Below are positions 18,176-28,427 of a DNA stretch of 64,000 nt, piece by piece (position 1 is the first letter of the stretch; the number at the start of each line of letters is the position of its first letter). The stretch is from a bacterium (GTDB lineage: Bacteria; J088). The position numbers were made by a program, and so were the translations under genes. The stretch lies in assembly GCA_041623475.1 (NCBI GenBank), contig JBFJWU010000001.1:1781-65780 (forward strand), given 5' to 3'. Under the pieces are notes generated by a model. That model was not told where the DNA came from and ran no database searches. It saw nothing but the letters and a program-made list of their open reading frames with translations.

Positions 18176-19791
18176 AGGACGGCCTGGTCGCGGCCGCTGT
18201 CCTTGGCGCGATACAGGGCCCTGTCTGCCAGTTCCAGCAGGCGGGCAATGGTCATGTCATGCTGCCGCCCCGGTTCAGCCCAGGCCACACCAGCGCTGAT
18301 TGTGACAATATCGGCCGCCCGCGAATCATTGTGGGGAATACCCAGGCTGCGAACCGACTCGCAAAAACGCCGGGCTGCCGGTAATCCGGCAGCACCTGTT
18401 TCCGGCAAAACCGCGACGAATTCTTCACCACCGTAGCGGGCCAGGAAGTCGCCGGACCGCCGCAGTGCAGACAGCAGCCGCGCAGCAACACGGCGCAGGC
18501 AATCGTCTCCGGCACTGTGTCCATAGGAATCGTTGTACTGTTTGAAAAAATCGATATCGATCATCGCAACGGCAACGGCAGTGCCGTCCATGGCCGCCTG
18601 GGCCCAGACCTGGGCCAGTCGTTCGTCCAGCCCGCGCCGATTTGGCACCCGGGTCAAGGGATCGATTCGGGCCTGTGCATCCAGCTGCGCGTTGATTCGT
18701 CGCAGTTCAGCGGTTTGCTCGGCAACGATCTCTTTGATCGCGCGGTTCCGGCGGGCCAGGAACTGCAGGTAACCGGCGATCAGGACAAATAATAAGCTGC
18801 CTGCACCAGTCACAACCCAGCTGAGCGGTGTCCGTCGCGCTGCCACATACGCCTGGGTTGGCGTAACTTCGACCCGCCACAGGAATCCGCCAATCTCGCG
18901 CAGGGCCCGTGTGTACCGCATCTGGTCCGCCGGAATCGCCTGCAGCGCCGACGGTCGGCGATAGATGTCCCGTGCCAGCTTGCCGCCATCGGACTCCAGC
19001 AGGCGGACGTCGAATCCGTTCCATTCCGGCCCCGAAAACACCTCGTCCAGGATCGTTGTGATATCAAATATTCCCATTGCGATTGAATCCGCCTCGCCGG
19101 CCGCAGCCAGTTGGCGAATTCCCAGCAACGCGACGACGTGCCCTGCGGCAAACGGCGGGGCCGGGGCCGGGATGGCAACGACCCCATAGCCATCCCGCGC
19201 GGCGCGGATCGCGTCACCAAGCTGCGGTTCGGCATAGATATCGGCCGGCTCCCGACCGGCTGCCGTATAGGACAATTCCGGGGTACCAACAGTCGCATCC
19301 AGATACGTCCACGTCAGGTGCTGCAACGCTCGGCGGCGACTGATGGCATCTTCGGCGATTCGACGAAACGCGACGGGATCAATAGTTCCACCTGCAAGAA
19401 CCAGCGCCCGGATCTCGAACAACAGGTCGAATGATGACCGCGTTGCCTGTTCGACCAGGGCCAGCTGCTCGTTGACTTCGGACTGGAACCCATCGAAGAT
19501 CCGTTCGGCCTCGGCGATGCGCAGCAGGCGGCCCGCCCAGACCGACATGCCAACTCCCACGACTGCCACCAGTACGGCCAGGGACGTAATCTGGCGTACC
19601 GCCAACCGAAACAGACGGCGCTCACCATAGCCCGGGTTGGATCCGGGCTGCGACGCAGTCAGCGGTTTTGCTTCAGGGGGCGTAGGACGGCTCGTCGACT
19701 GCGACGCGGTCCCCGGCAGTGAATGGCGGCGAGAACGTTGCGAATACCGTCGAATACCCGCTTGCGGTATTGACAAACGCGTGCGGCGCAC
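18145..19791 (-). CDS. Membrane-anchored periplasmic-sensor diguanylate cyclase (GGDEF). Start codon uncertain.
   Basis: TM helix, ~250-aa periplasmic region, second TM (LLFVLIAGYLQFLA), then GGDEF with RYGGEEF and DIDFFKQYND. The first in-frame ATG overlaps the upstream cupin gene by ~120 nt, so the true start is probably a downstream CTG/TTG/GTG. Confidence 0.8.
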   Translation of the reverse strand: MRRTRLSIPQAGIRRYSQRSRRHSLPGTASQSTSRPTPPEAKPLTASQPGSNPGYGERRLFRLAVRQITSLAVLVAVVGVGMSVWAGRLLRIAEAERIFDGFQSEVNEQLALVEQATRSSFDLLFEIRALVLAGGTIDPVAFRRIAEDAISRRRALQHLTWTYLDATVGTPELSYTAAGREPADIYAEPQLGDAIRAARDGYGVVAIPAPAPPFAAGHVVALLGIRQLAAAGEADSIAMGIFDITTILDEVFSGPEWNGFDVRLLESDGGKLARDIYRRPSALQAIPADQMRYTRALREIGGFLWRVEVTPTQAYVAARRTPLSWVVTGAGSLLFVLIAGYLQFLARRNRAIKEIVAEQTAELRRINAQLDAQARIDPLTRVPNRRGLDERLAQVWAQAAMDGTAVAVAMIDIDFFKQYNDSYGHSAGDDCLRRVAARLLSALRRSGDFLARYGGEEFVAVLPETGAAGLPAARRFCESVRSLGIPHNDSRAADIVTISAGVAWAEPGRQHDMTIARLLELADRALYRAKDSGRDQAVLYDPTATVDD

Positions 19792-20140
19792 CCATCGGGA
19801 TCACGATGACATCGCCCACGGCAACAGGCACGTCGCCGTGAAGGGTTTTGAAGTATCCTTCGCCTTCCAGGAGGATGCCGACCAGGTCACTTTTGTCGTG
19901 TTTGTGGAACGGCTCACGGTCCTTGACGACAACCACGTGTTCGCTGGTGGCCGTGTGTTCTTCCAGCGTGGTGGCGGCCAGAGGCGCGTCCGTGACGACG
20001 ATGGCATCCTTGAGGACGGCGGCCTCGACCTGGAGGCTGAGTTCATTACCACCGATGATTTTCATCACGCCGTAATTCGCTGTGGCACAGCCTCCGGACA
20101 GCAATACCGCCACAAAAGCCAGGGGTCGAAACGCATTCAC
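19673..20140 (-). CDS. Cupin-domain lipoprotein
   Basis: Lipobox LLSGGC after a hydrophobic signal. Cupin motifs ...HKHDKSDLVGILLEGEG...GDVIVIPMGAPHAF. Confidence 0.7.
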   Translation of the reverse strand: MNAFRPLAFVAVLLSGGCATANYGVMKIIGGNELSLQVEAAVLKDAIVVTDAPLAATTLEEHTATSEHVVVVKDREPFHKHDKSDLVGILLEGEGYFKTLHGDVPVAVGDVIVIPMGAPHAFVNTASGYSTVFATFSPPFTAGDRVAVDEPSYAP

Positions 20141-20211
20141 TGGGTTACCTTCCTTGTCTGCAGGTCAGCATCCAAAGTAGCCGCACGCCACCAGCCAAGT
20201 CAACTGCCGGG

Positions 20212-20245
20212 CACAAAAAAAGCCCGCCGGCGAACCGGCGGGCTT
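20212..20245 (-). terminator. Rho-independent terminator downstream of groEL
   Basis: Minus-strand reading: GCCCGCCGG-UUCG-CCGGCGGGC followed by UUUUUUU. A-tracts flank both sides, so it may act bidirectionally. Confidence 0.75.
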
Positions 20246-20280
20246 CCAAAAATGGCTGCGGGATCCGCAGAAAGGTCGGA

Positions 20281-21933
20281 TCAGAATCCGCCCATGCCGC
20301 CCATGTCCGGCATCCCACCACCTGCCGGTCCGCCGGCGCTGTCCTCGGGCTTTTCAGCAACGAGGGCATCAGTGGTCAGCAACAGTCCGGATACACTGGC
20401 TGCATTCTGCAGCGCCGTACGCGTAACCTTGGTCGGGTCAATAACACCCGCCTTGAGCATGTCTTCAAAGGTATCGCTGGCGGCATTGTAGCCAAAGCCG
20501 TCTTTGCCTTCGCGAACCTTCTGCAACACGATCGAGCCTTCGACACCTGCATTGGTCGAGATCATCCGCAGCGGCGCTTCCATTGCCCGGGCAACAATAC
20601 TGACGCCTGCTGCCTGGCTGACGTTTTCCTTCTGCAGTTTTTCGGCCAGTTTCTCGACGGCATCAATGGACCGGATCAGGGCAACGCCGCCACCAGGTAC
20701 GATGCCCTCTTCGACGGCTGCACGGGTCGCATGCAGCGCATCTTCGACGCGGGCCTTCTTTTCCTTCATTTCCACTTCGGTCGCCGCACCAACATAGATC
20801 ACAGCAACACCGCCAACCAGTTTGGCCAGGCGTTCCTGCAGTTTCTCGCGATCGTAGTCGCTGCTGGTTTCCTCGATCTGCTTGCGGATCTGGCTGATTC
20901 GACCGTCGATTTCCTTGTCGTCACCAGCGCCATCGATCACAGTCGTATTTTCTTTTTCGATTACGATCTTCTTGGCACGTCCAAGCTGGTCAATGCTGGC
21001 ATTTTCCAGCTTGTGGCCCAGCTCTTCGCTGATGACTTCGCCACCGGTCAGGATCGCGATGTCGCGCAGCATTTCCTTGCGGCGCTCGCCAAAACCAGGG
21101 GCCTTGACGGCGGCCACGTTGAGCGTGCCGCGCAGCTTGTTGACAACCAGGGTTGCCAGCGCTTCACCGTCGACATCTTCGGCGATGATCACCATCGGCT
21201 TACCGGCACGGGCAACCTGCTCCAGTACGGGCAGCAGGTCTTTCATGTTGCTGATCTTCTTGTCGTGCAACAGGATGTACGGGTCTTCCAGTTCGGCGAT
21301 CATCTTGTCCGGATTGGTTACAAAGTAAGGGCTCAGGTAGCCGCGGTCGAACTGCATACCTTCGACAACTTCCAGGAACGTTTCCAGTCCCTTGGCTTCC
21401 TCGACGGTAATAACGCCCTCTTTGCCGACTTTTTCCATCGATTCCGCGATGTAGTTGCCGATTTCGGTGTCGTTGTTGGCGGAAATAGAGCCAACCTGGG
21501 CGATTTCAGTCTGGTCTTTGGTGTCCTTGCTGAGTTTTTTCAGCTCGGCAACCGCTGCTTCGACGGCCTTGTCGATCCCGCGCTTCAGCTCCATCTGGCT
21601 GTGGCCGGCCGCAACCAGTTTCAGACCTTCGGTAAAGATCGACTGGGCCAGGACCGTCGCCGTCGTCGTACCGTCGCCGGCGACATCAGAGGTCTTGGAC
21701 GCAACTTCCTTGACCATCTGGGCGCCCATGTTTTCGAAGTGGTCTTCCAGTTCGATTTCCTTGGCAACCGTCACACCGTCTTTGGTCACGCTGGGGGCGC
21801 CAAAGCTTTTTTCGATCAGGACATTACGACCCTTGGGGCCCAGTGTCACCTTGACCGCGTTGGCCAGGGCATCAACGCCGGACTTCAGCTTGGCATAGCC
21901 GTCCTGGCTGAACAGAATTTCTTTGGATGGCAT
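20281..21933 (-). CDS. groL: Chaperonin GroEL
   Basis: Full-length 550-aa match, including the C-terminal GGM repeats ([12 protein letters not shown]). Confidence 0.97.
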   Translation of the reverse strand: MPSKEILFSQDGYAKLKSGVDALANAVKVTLGPKGRNVLIEKSFGAPSVTKDGVTVAKEIELEDHFENMGAQMVKEVASKTSDVAGDGTTTATVLAQSIFTEGLKLVAAGHSQMELKRGIDKAVEAAVAELKKLSKDTKDQTEIAQVGSISANNDTEIGNYIAESMEKVGKEGVITVEEAKGLETFLEVVEGMQFDRGYLSPYFVTNPDKMIAELEDPYILLHDKKISNMKDLLPVLEQVARAGKPMVIIAEDVDGEALATLVVNKLRGTLNVAAVKAPGFGERRKEMLRDIAILTGGEVISEELGHKLENASIDQLGRAKKIVIEKENTTVIDGAGDDKEIDGRISQIRKQIEETSSDYDREKLQERLAKLVGGVAVIYVGAATEVEMKEKKARVEDALHATRAAVEEGIVPGGGVALIRSIDAVEKLAEKLQKENVSQAAGVSIVARAMEAPLRMISTNAGVEGSIVLQKVREGKDGFGYNAASDTFEDMLKAGVIDPTKVTRTALQNAASVSGLLLTTDALVAEKPEDSAGGPAGGGMPDMGGMGGF

Positions 21934-21961
21934 TTTATTACTCCTTGGCTTTCCGGGTTAA

Positions 21962-22246
21962 TTACTCGACCACCGCAAGGATGTCGTCCTCGCGCATGAT
22001 CAGGTGCTCTTCGCCTTCGATGTTGATTTCTGTTCCCGCGTATTTCGAAAACAGGATCTTGTCACCGACCTTGACGGACATATCGATCTTGGTCCCGTCG
22101 ACGACCTTGCCCTCGCCGGCGGCGATGACCTGGCCCTCCTGGGGCTTTTCCTTGGCAGAGTCGGGAATAATGATGCCGCCTGCCGTGGTTTCTTCGCTGT
22201 CCAACCGCTTGACAATCACGCGGTCGTGCAAAGGACGAAGTTTCAT
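21962..22246 (-). CDS. groS: Co-chaperonin GroES
   Basis: [14 protein letters not shown]...[22 protein letters not shown]... 94 aa. Strong SD (AAGGAGGAA) upstream. Confidence 0.95.
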   Translation of the reverse strand: MKLRPLHDRVIVKRLDSEETTAGGIIIPDSAKEKPQEGQVIAAGEGKVVDGTKIDMSVKVGDKILFSKYAGTEINIEGEEHLIMREDDILAVVE

Positions 22247-22346
22247 AATGTTCCTCCTTGTGGTTCACACGTTTGACCCGATCCCGGACCATCCGGCGAT
22301 CGGAAAAGGGTTAATCATGCGTAAAAAAATGGTTTCTCACTATTTG

Positions 22347-22373
22347 TTAGCACTCGACGACTGCGAGTGCTAA
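22347..22373 (-). promoter_or_regulatory. CIRCE operator (HrcA binding site) in the groES leader
   Basis: Exact consensus TTAGCACTC-N9-GAGTGCTAA. Confidence 0.9.
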
Positions 22374-22377
22374 CACG

Positions 22378-22408
22378 TAATATACCGTTTCCGATGCTGC
22401 CGTGTCAA
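22378..22408 (-). promoter_or_regulatory. Sigma-70-type promoter of groESL, immediately upstream of CIRCE
   Basis: Minus strand: TTGACA (22408-22403), 18-nt spacer, TATATT (22383-22378). Confidence 0.55.
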
Positions 22409-22455
22409 GCTGACAAGGGGCACCCTTACAAGCCCTGAACTATAATGGCAGCAGG

Positions 22456-23382
22456 TTGAGCGCATCAAATAAATCCTTGCGGGGACCATTGAAGCGGCTG
22501 GATCTGGGCGTTGCCGGACTGGCCATACTGTTCGCCGTCCAGGCTGGATTGCAGTTGGTTCCCCATCCTGCGACCGAGGGTCTGGTTCCGGCCGCCTGGC
22601 GATCCCCGGAACCCGCATTGCGGGCTGCGTACCAGTCGCTGCGCCACCAGCCTGATGCAGATCCGGCACTGGCACTGGCAGCGACCGGCGTCGCACTGGC
22701 CCCGTGGTATGGTCCGGCCTGGCTGATCTATGCATTGGCCAGCGAACGGGTAGACCAGCAGGCGGCGCTGCCGTTTTTTGCATTGGCGCTTCATTTTGAC
22801 CCCCGCGGGCGTGGCACAATCGAAGCATCGCTGCCGCGATTGGTTGAATCCGGGTGGCTGGCCCCGATTGCAGCCCTTCCGTATTTCCTGAACAGCCAGT
22901 TGGGCGCGGCGGCGGCTGTCCTGCCGGCCCAGCCACCGCCTGACTGGCCGGCAGCCTATATTGACAAGCTGACCGGAGCAGCCGTGCACATGTTATTCGG
23001 CGCTGGCAAGCCGTTGTGGCTGGCCGGCGTTGAACAAACCGCTTTTGCGACACAGCTGGATGCGAACAGCCGGTCCTATGTAATGGCATCGTTCTGCATC
23101 CAGTCGCCGACATTGTGCCTGGCACGATACGAAGCCTGCCTGGCAAATGACGCTGGCCTGTGTCCCGACGGAATCCGTCCGACCCGCCCACTGATCTGGG
23201 CGGTCAGCGATGCCGTCCGCGCAACCGGGGATCGCGAACGTACGGTACAGATTGCCCGGCAGGTGCTGGAACTGGACCCGACACGCACCGATGTCATTCG
23301 ACTGGCTGAACGGCTTGAAGAGGCCGGCCAACAGGCCAGGGCACGGCAGTTGCTGAGGGTTCACCCGGCGATGGCGCGCTAG
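22456..23382 (+). CDS. Hypothetical membrane-anchored or secreted protein (N-terminal hydrophobic segment, Ala/Leu-rich)
   Basis: 308-aa ORF with a hydrophobic N-terminus (LGVAGLAILFAVQAGL). No motif I recognise. It sits immediately upstream of a glycosyltransferase cluster with a 6-nt gap. Confidence 0.5.
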   Translation: MSASNKSLRGPLKRLDLGVAGLAILFAVQAGLQLVPHPATEGLVPAAWRSPEPALRAAYQSLRHQPDADPALALAATGVALAPWYGPAWLIYALASERVDQQAALPFFALALHFDPRGRGTIEASLPRLVESGWLAPIAALPYFLNSQLGAAAAVLPAQPPPDWPAAYIDKLTGAAVHMLFGAGKPLWLAGVEQTAFATQLDANSRSYVMASFCIQSPTLCLARYEACLANDAGLCPDGIRPTRPLIWAVSDAVRATGDRERTVQIARQVLELDPTRTDVIRLAERLEEAGQQARARQLLRVHPAMAR

Positions 23383-23388
23383 ACCGAC

Positions 23389-24474
23389 GTGGCCCGCCCC
23401 CAGGTTGCAGTCGTTACCCCGTCCCTGTCCGATCGCGGCGGCACAGAGTCTGTTTTTGTCCAGGAGATGGATGCCCTTGTCCACGAGGCTGACATCACAT
23501 TTATTGTCGATGCCAGCCAGGATGACCCGGGGGCACTGCCTGGTCAACGGATTCCCGTACGGGTCCCACCGGCACCTTCCTGGTTGTATACGCTGGCGTG
23601 GTTTCGCAATGCCTCCAGGGCACTGGACCGGCTTGGCGACACTTGCCGGATCCGCTATTCCGCCGGTGTTAATGCCAGGGGATTGACACACATGACAATC
23701 CATGCGATTTTCGCGGAAATGAAGGAACTCCAGGCGGCCGTTCCATCCAGATGGTCGCCGAAGGAACTCAATCGCCGGCTCAGGTTTTCAGCGATCGCCG
23801 CCTGGGAGGCCCGGGTGACCCGCGAAACAGCAAATATTGCGACGGTCAGCCAACGAGCGGCGGATTTGCTGGCTGAACACTATCGGCTCAACGGCGTCCA
23901 GGTCATCCGGCCAGCTCCGGACCCGGGCAGGTTCAATCCGGCGGCGGCCAGCGGATCTGCGCGTGCCCGCCTGGGAATACCCGATCACCATAAGCTGGTC
24001 GCCTGTGTCGGTAATGCCTGGCATTCAAAGGGCCTGGATGTCCTGTTGCAGGCCTGGTCCCGGTTGACTGAACCCGAATTGGCCCTGGTCGTTGTGTCCG
24101 GCGAACCTGCCAGCCGGGTCAAAGCCATCGCTTCAGTGCCGGCAGATTCCCGGGTTCACTGGCTGGACGAATACGATCCCATAGCCGGGCTTCTGGCCGA
24201 CGCGGACCTGGTCGTCCTGCCCAGTCGCGGTGAAACGTACGGACTGCCGATCGCCGAAGCGATCCTGTGCGGCACGACGGTCCTGTGCAGCCGCCACGCC
24301 GGCGTCAGTGAACTGCTGCCGGTCCACTCGGTCGTGGACCAACTGGATCCCGCCAGGTGGGCGGACCGGATTAGGGCTGCGCTGGCAACCGACCGGCCCG
24401 CCACGATCGACCTGTTGTCGCCAGCAACCCGTCAACAGCAGTTTCTGGATTGGCTGCTGGGTGGCCCAACGTGA
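23389..24474 (+). CDS. Glycosyltransferase family 1 (GT4-type)
   Basis: C-terminal GT-B signature: ..DLVVLPSRGETYGLPIAEAILCGTTVLCS... GTG start. Confidence 0.85.
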   Translation: MARPQVAVVTPSLSDRGGTESVFVQEMDALVHEADITFIVDASQDDPGALPGQRIPVRVPPAPSWLYTLAWFRNASRALDRLGDTCRIRYSAGVNARGLTHMTIHAIFAEMKELQAAVPSRWSPKELNRRLRFSAIAAWEARVTRETANIATVSQRAADLLAEHYRLNGVQVIRPAPDPGRFNPAAASGSARARLGIPDHHKLVACVGNAWHSKGLDVLLQAWSRLTEPELALVVVSGEPASRVKAIASVPADSRVHWLDEYDPIAGLLADADLVVLPSRGETYGLPIAEAILCGTTVLCSRHAGVSELLPVHSVVDQLDPARWADRIRAALATDRPATIDLLSPATRQQQFLDWLLGGPT

Positions 24475-25544
24475 CCCAGGTGGAACTGATTCTCCAGCCC
24501 GCCCCCGAACGCAATCGGTCGATGTTGATTTATGCGTCGCGGCTGGCTGCAAATGCACCAGCGGGGCACCGCTGGACCCTGCGGCAGTTGCCCAGGTTGC
24601 CCCTGGATTCCAAGGGCCGAGTGTCCGAGCTGCTGCTGGCCCCGCCAACCCTGGCCAGCATCAACGGACCGGCCCACGTTATTGATCCCGGGCACGCCCA
24701 CTATCTGACCTGGCTCCGGGGGCCGAAGGTGTTGACGATTCACGACCTGGTGCCCTGGAAGGTCGGGCAGGGACGCTACCCGGCCGATGCCCGGCCATAC
24801 CTCAGCCGTCGCGCCAGGTTTATCGCACGCCGCAACTACGCTGCCGTCAAACGTGCCGACCGGATTGTCGCCGACAGCCGTGCCACTGCGGCCGATGTCG
24901 AGGACGCGTTCGGCCGCAAGGCCGACGTTGTTTATCTGGGTGTCGACCGGATCTTCCATGACCCGCCCTCATCGGCTACGACCGAGGAACTGGATCGCCG
25001 GTTGCAGGCGGTCGCAGGGCGGCCCGTTATGTTGCAGGTTACATCGGGTTTCTTCTACAAAAACGACGCCGGCGTTGCGGCGGCGTTCCGGCAACTCAGT
25101 GAAAGCCACCCGGATCTGGCATGGGTTCGTGTTGGCGCGCCTCCGGATGCCGCGACCACGGCCTGGCTGCTGTCATCCGGATGTTCCAATCGATTTATTC
25201 ACCTGGACAAGGTCAGCATCGAGCTGCTGGTCGCTGCCTATCGACGGGCATCGGTCCTGGTTTTTCCCAGTTGGGACGAGGGCTTTGGCTGGCCGCCGCT
25301 GGAAGCCATGGCCGCCGGCTGCCCGGTCGTTGCCTCCGACCGCGGGTCCCTGGCAGAAACGGCCGCACCGGCCAGCCTGACCGTTGATCCGGCTGATGCT
25401 GGCAGCATTGCTGCCGGCATCGCCCGTGTCCTCGATGAACCCGCACTGCGTCAAGACCTGACTGACCGCGGCCATCGTCACGTCGCCGCGTTTACGTGGC
25501 AGGAGACTGCTGACCGGATGCGCGGAATATACCAGTCGCTGTGA
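24471..25544 (+). CDS. Glycosyltransferase family 1 (GT4-type)
   Basis: SVLVFPSWDEGFGWPPLEAMAAGCPVVASD (EX7E-type motif). GTGA start/stop overlap with the previous GT. Confidence 0.85.
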   Translation: MTQVELILQPAPERNRSMLIYASRLAANAPAGHRWTLRQLPRLPLDSKGRVSELLLAPPTLASINGPAHVIDPGHAHYLTWLRGPKVLTIHDLVPWKVGQGRYPADARPYLSRRARFIARRNYAAVKRADRIVADSRATAADVEDAFGRKADVVYLGVDRIFHDPPSSATTEELDRRLQAVAGRPVMLQVTSGFFYKNDAGVAAAFRQLSESHPDLAWVRVGAPPDAATTAWLLSSGCSNRFIHLDKVSIELLVAAYRRASVLVFPSWDEGFGWPPLEAMAAGCPVVASDRGSLAETAAPASLTVDPADAGSIAAGIARVLDEPALRQDLTDRGHRHVAAFTWQETADRMRGIYQSL

Positions 25545-26620
25545 ATGTACTTTTCGCAATTCCGGCGTTTTTGCCGGCCGCATCCTACGGTGGACCGATT
25601 CGCAAGCTGGCCACCCTGCTGCCGGGTTTGCAGGCAGCGGGTATCAGGTCAATGGTGGTTGCCAGTACGCTGGACGACCAATGCAATCCCGTGCTGCCAA
25701 CCGGACACGATTGCGTCGACAGTATCAATGTTTTTCGGCAGGCAACCATCTGGCACCGACGCTGGAGTCCCTGGATTCACTGGCAGGATCCGGGATTTGA
25801 CCCGGACGTCATTCACATTATCGGCACCTGGAACGGGGTCAGCTACAGCGCGATGATGGCCGCGACTCGAATGTCTGTCCCCTGGGTTTGGGAGCCGGCT
25901 GGCATGCTGACCCGCCACGGACGGCATCCCGTCGCCCGCCTGGCAGGTCGGGTGCCCCATGCGGTTGCCGCCGCCTGGTCGGCTGGCCTGATCTGGACCA
26001 GCCCGGTCGAACAGTCCGAAGCCGCGATTCGGCCGCACTGCAGCTGGATCCGGCCCAATATCGCACCGGTACCGCCGGAACCTGGAACGCCGCTGGACCC
26101 GGATGTCGAGCGCAAATTACAACCAGGCGATCGATCCCCCGTCTGGGGTTACCTGGGTCGCATCGCTCATCGCAAAGGTATTCCGCAAATGCTGGACGCA
26201 TGGACCAGCGCCGACGGTCCGGGCCGACTGGTATTTGCCGGACCGGTCGAGGACCAGCACCTGGCGGACGCGATTGACCGAACCGATGGCGTGATCCGAA
26301 TCCCGCCCCTGGATGCCCAACAGCGATGGGCCTATCTCCGGCGCCTGGATGCGCTGGTACTGATGCCCGAATGGGGTGAAAACTTCGGCAATGTCGTCGC
26401 CGAAGCTGTGGCGGTCGGAACGCCGTGTGTCTGCTCGGCCGCAGTTGGTGCAACCCACTGGCTGGACGGTAATGGCGCTGTTGTTGAAACCGTGGACGGG
26501 TTACGCCGTCGATTCCATTTGGGTCTGGCTCCCGAGGAGGATTGTCGAATCCCGTCCGACCTGACGACAGCCAGTGTTGTCGCCACCCAGGTCGACATTT
26601 ACCAACAGGCGACGGTCTGA
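25541..26620 (+). CDS. Glycosyltransferase family 1 (GT4-type)
   Basis: LDALVLMPEWGENFGNVVAEAVAVGTPCVCS. GTGA overlap with the previous gene. Confidence 0.8.
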   Translation: MNVLFAIPAFLPAASYGGPIRKLATLLPGLQAAGIRSMVVASTLDDQCNPVLPTGHDCVDSINVFRQATIWHRRWSPWIHWQDPGFDPDVIHIIGTWNGVSYSAMMAATRMSVPWVWEPAGMLTRHGRHPVARLAGRVPHAVAAAWSAGLIWTSPVEQSEAAIRPHCSWIRPNIAPVPPEPGTPLDPDVERKLQPGDRSPVWGYLGRIAHRKGIPQMLDAWTSADGPGRLVFAGPVEDQHLADAIDRTDGVIRIPPLDAQQRWAYLRRLDALVLMPEWGENFGNVVAEAVAVGTPCVCSAAVGATHWLDGNGAVVETVDGLRRRFHLGLAPEEDCRIPSDLTTASVVATQVDIYQQATV

Positions 26621-26624
26621 CGCG

Positions 26625-28427
26625 ATGTGTGGAATTGCGGGAATCGTTAATCTTGATGCCGGGCCACTGACCGACCAGCAACAGCGGGCTTTGGGTTTGA
26701 TTAACAACGCCATGCACAGGCGGGGTCCGGACTCGGCAGGATCATGGAGCAGTGCCCGCGGTTGCGGGTTGGCGCATCGCCGGCTGAGCATCATCGATTT
26801 GTCGGCCGCAGGCAACCAGCCAATGACCAACGAAGACGAAACGCTGCAACTGGTCATGAACGGTGAAATCTATAATTACCGGACCCTGCGCACCGAACTC
26901 GAAAAACAGGGCCACCTGTTTCAATCCGACAGCGACGCCGAAGTCATCCTCCATTTGTACGAATCATCCGGACTGGACATGCTGCCGCGGTTGGAAGGGA
27001 TGTTCGCGTTCGCGTTGTGGGATGAGGCGGCTGCACAGCTGGTATTGGCCCGGGATCCGCACGGTATCAAGCCACTGTATTACTCGCTGCACGGTGGACA
27101 ACTGCGATTCGCGTCCCAGGTCAAAGCGCTGCTGGCCGCTGCTGATCAACCACGGTCGCCGGACCCTGCAGCCCGTGCCGGTTTGCTGATCTGGGGCCAT
27201 GTCCCTGAGCCGCTGACAGCGGTCAGTGGCATCCAGGCGCTGCCGGCCGGGCACTGCCTGACGCTGCAAGTCCCGGGCACACCGACGGTTCGTAAATGGG
27301 CATCGGTCGCCGGCGCGTTTGCTGGCGCCGGCCAGGAGACCCGGGACTGGGATCCGGCGGTGCTGCGAGGCGCGCTCCTGGACAGCATCGAGCGACATCT
27401 GGTCGCCGATGTCGAGGTCGGTCTGTTCCTGTCGGCCGGGATTGATTCGACCTCGATCCTGGCACTGTGCAGCGAATTGGGTACCAGGCCCAGATGCCTG
27501 ACCCTGGGATTCTCTGAATACACGGGGCGCGCGGACGACGAGGTACCCGTCGCCGCCGCCTTCGCCGAGACGAACGGATGCCGGCATCTGGTGCGTACCG
27601 TCGAACAATCAGAGTTTGAGCAGGATCTGCCGAACATCATCAGCGCCATGGATCAACCGACGATCGATGGTGTCAACAGTTGGTTTGTCAGCAAGGCAGC
27701 AGCCGAGGTCGGCCTCAAGGTGGCCCTGAGCGGCCTGGGTGGCGATGAATTGTTTGGTGGTTATCCGTCATTCACAGATATCCCCAACTGGCGACGGCGA
27801 CTACGGTTGTTGTCGAGGACACCCGGAGCGGCCCGCGCTTTTGCCGCGACGGCAAAGATCCTGACCGCCGGCCCGATGCAACTGGCACCCAAACTGCCCG
27901 GTTTACTGCGCCACGCCGGAACAGACTCGGGACTGTATCTGCTGCGCCGAGGCCTGCATCTTCCAGAGGAGCTGACCGGATTGATACCGGATGCCGATGC
28001 CGTACTTCGGCAACTGGCGGCGGCCACTGGCCCGGCAGACATCCTTGACCACGACTTTAAAGGCAGTGACTACGCGACGATCGCGGCGCTGGAATCCTGT
28101 TTGTACATGCGCAACCAGTTGCTTCGAGACCTGGACTGGGCCGGGATGGCACACTCGCTTGAGGTTCGGGTACCGCTGGTCGACTGGAAACTGTTGAACA
28201 GTGTTGCCCCGTACCTGGCAGGCCGCAGTTGGACCGGAAAACAGGATCTGGCAATCGCGGCAGGCTTGCCCGAACAGATTGCGGCACGGCCAAAGACCGG
28301 ATTTTCGGTCCCGGTTCCCCGCTGGGTCGGTGCCGAGGTTCGCAAGCGGTACGGGACCAGTACTGAAACCGGTGGCTACAGGGGTTGGGCAAGGATCGTC
28401 TGGGACCGCTGGTTCGAAACGATATAA
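26625..28427 (+). CDS. asnB: Asparagine synthetase (glutamine-hydrolysing) family amidotransferase, AsnB/WbpS-like
   Basis: N-terminal MCGIAG nucleophile. GATase_7 domain, then Asn_synthase domain (SAGIDSTSI PP-loop). Confidence 0.9.
   Translation: MCGIAGIVNLDAGPLTDQQQRALGLINNAMHRRGPDSAGSWSSARGCGLAHRRLSIIDLSAAGNQPMTNEDETLQLVMNGEIYNYRTLRTELEKQGHLFQSDSDAEVILHLYESSGLDMLPRLEGMFAFALWDEAAAQLVLARDPHGIKPLYYSLHGGQLRFASQVKALLAAADQPRSPDPAARAGLLIWGHVPEPLTAVSGIQALPAGHCLTLQVPGTPTVRKWASVAGAFAGAGQETRDWDPAVLRGALLDSIERHLVADVEVGLFLSAGIDSTSILALCSELGTRPRCLTLGFSEYTGRADDEVPVAAAFAETNGCRHLVRTVEQSEFEQDLPNIISAMDQPTIDGVNSWFVSKAAAEVGLKVALSGLGGDELFGGYPSFTDIPNWRRRLRLLSRTPGAARAFAATAKILTAGPMQLAPKLPGLLRHAGTDSGLYLLRRGLHLPEELTGLIPDADAVLRQLAAATGPADILDHDFKGSDYATIAALESCLYMRNQLLRDLDWAGMAHSLEVRVPLVDWKLLNSVAPYLAGRSWTGKQDLAIAAGLPEQIAARPKTGFSVPVPRWVGAEVRKRYGTSTETGGYRGWARIVWDRWFETI

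Noticed and set aside
20731-21999. 422-aa plus-strand ORF antisense to groEL
   Set aside because: It lies entirely within the unmistakable groEL coding region on the opposite strand. It is a low-complexity product typical of spurious antisense ORFs in high-GC DNA. Many other long track ORFs overlap strongly supported genes in the same way (for example 487..1248, 35885..36637, 25839..26717, 31505..32074, 39099..40229, 49241..50557).
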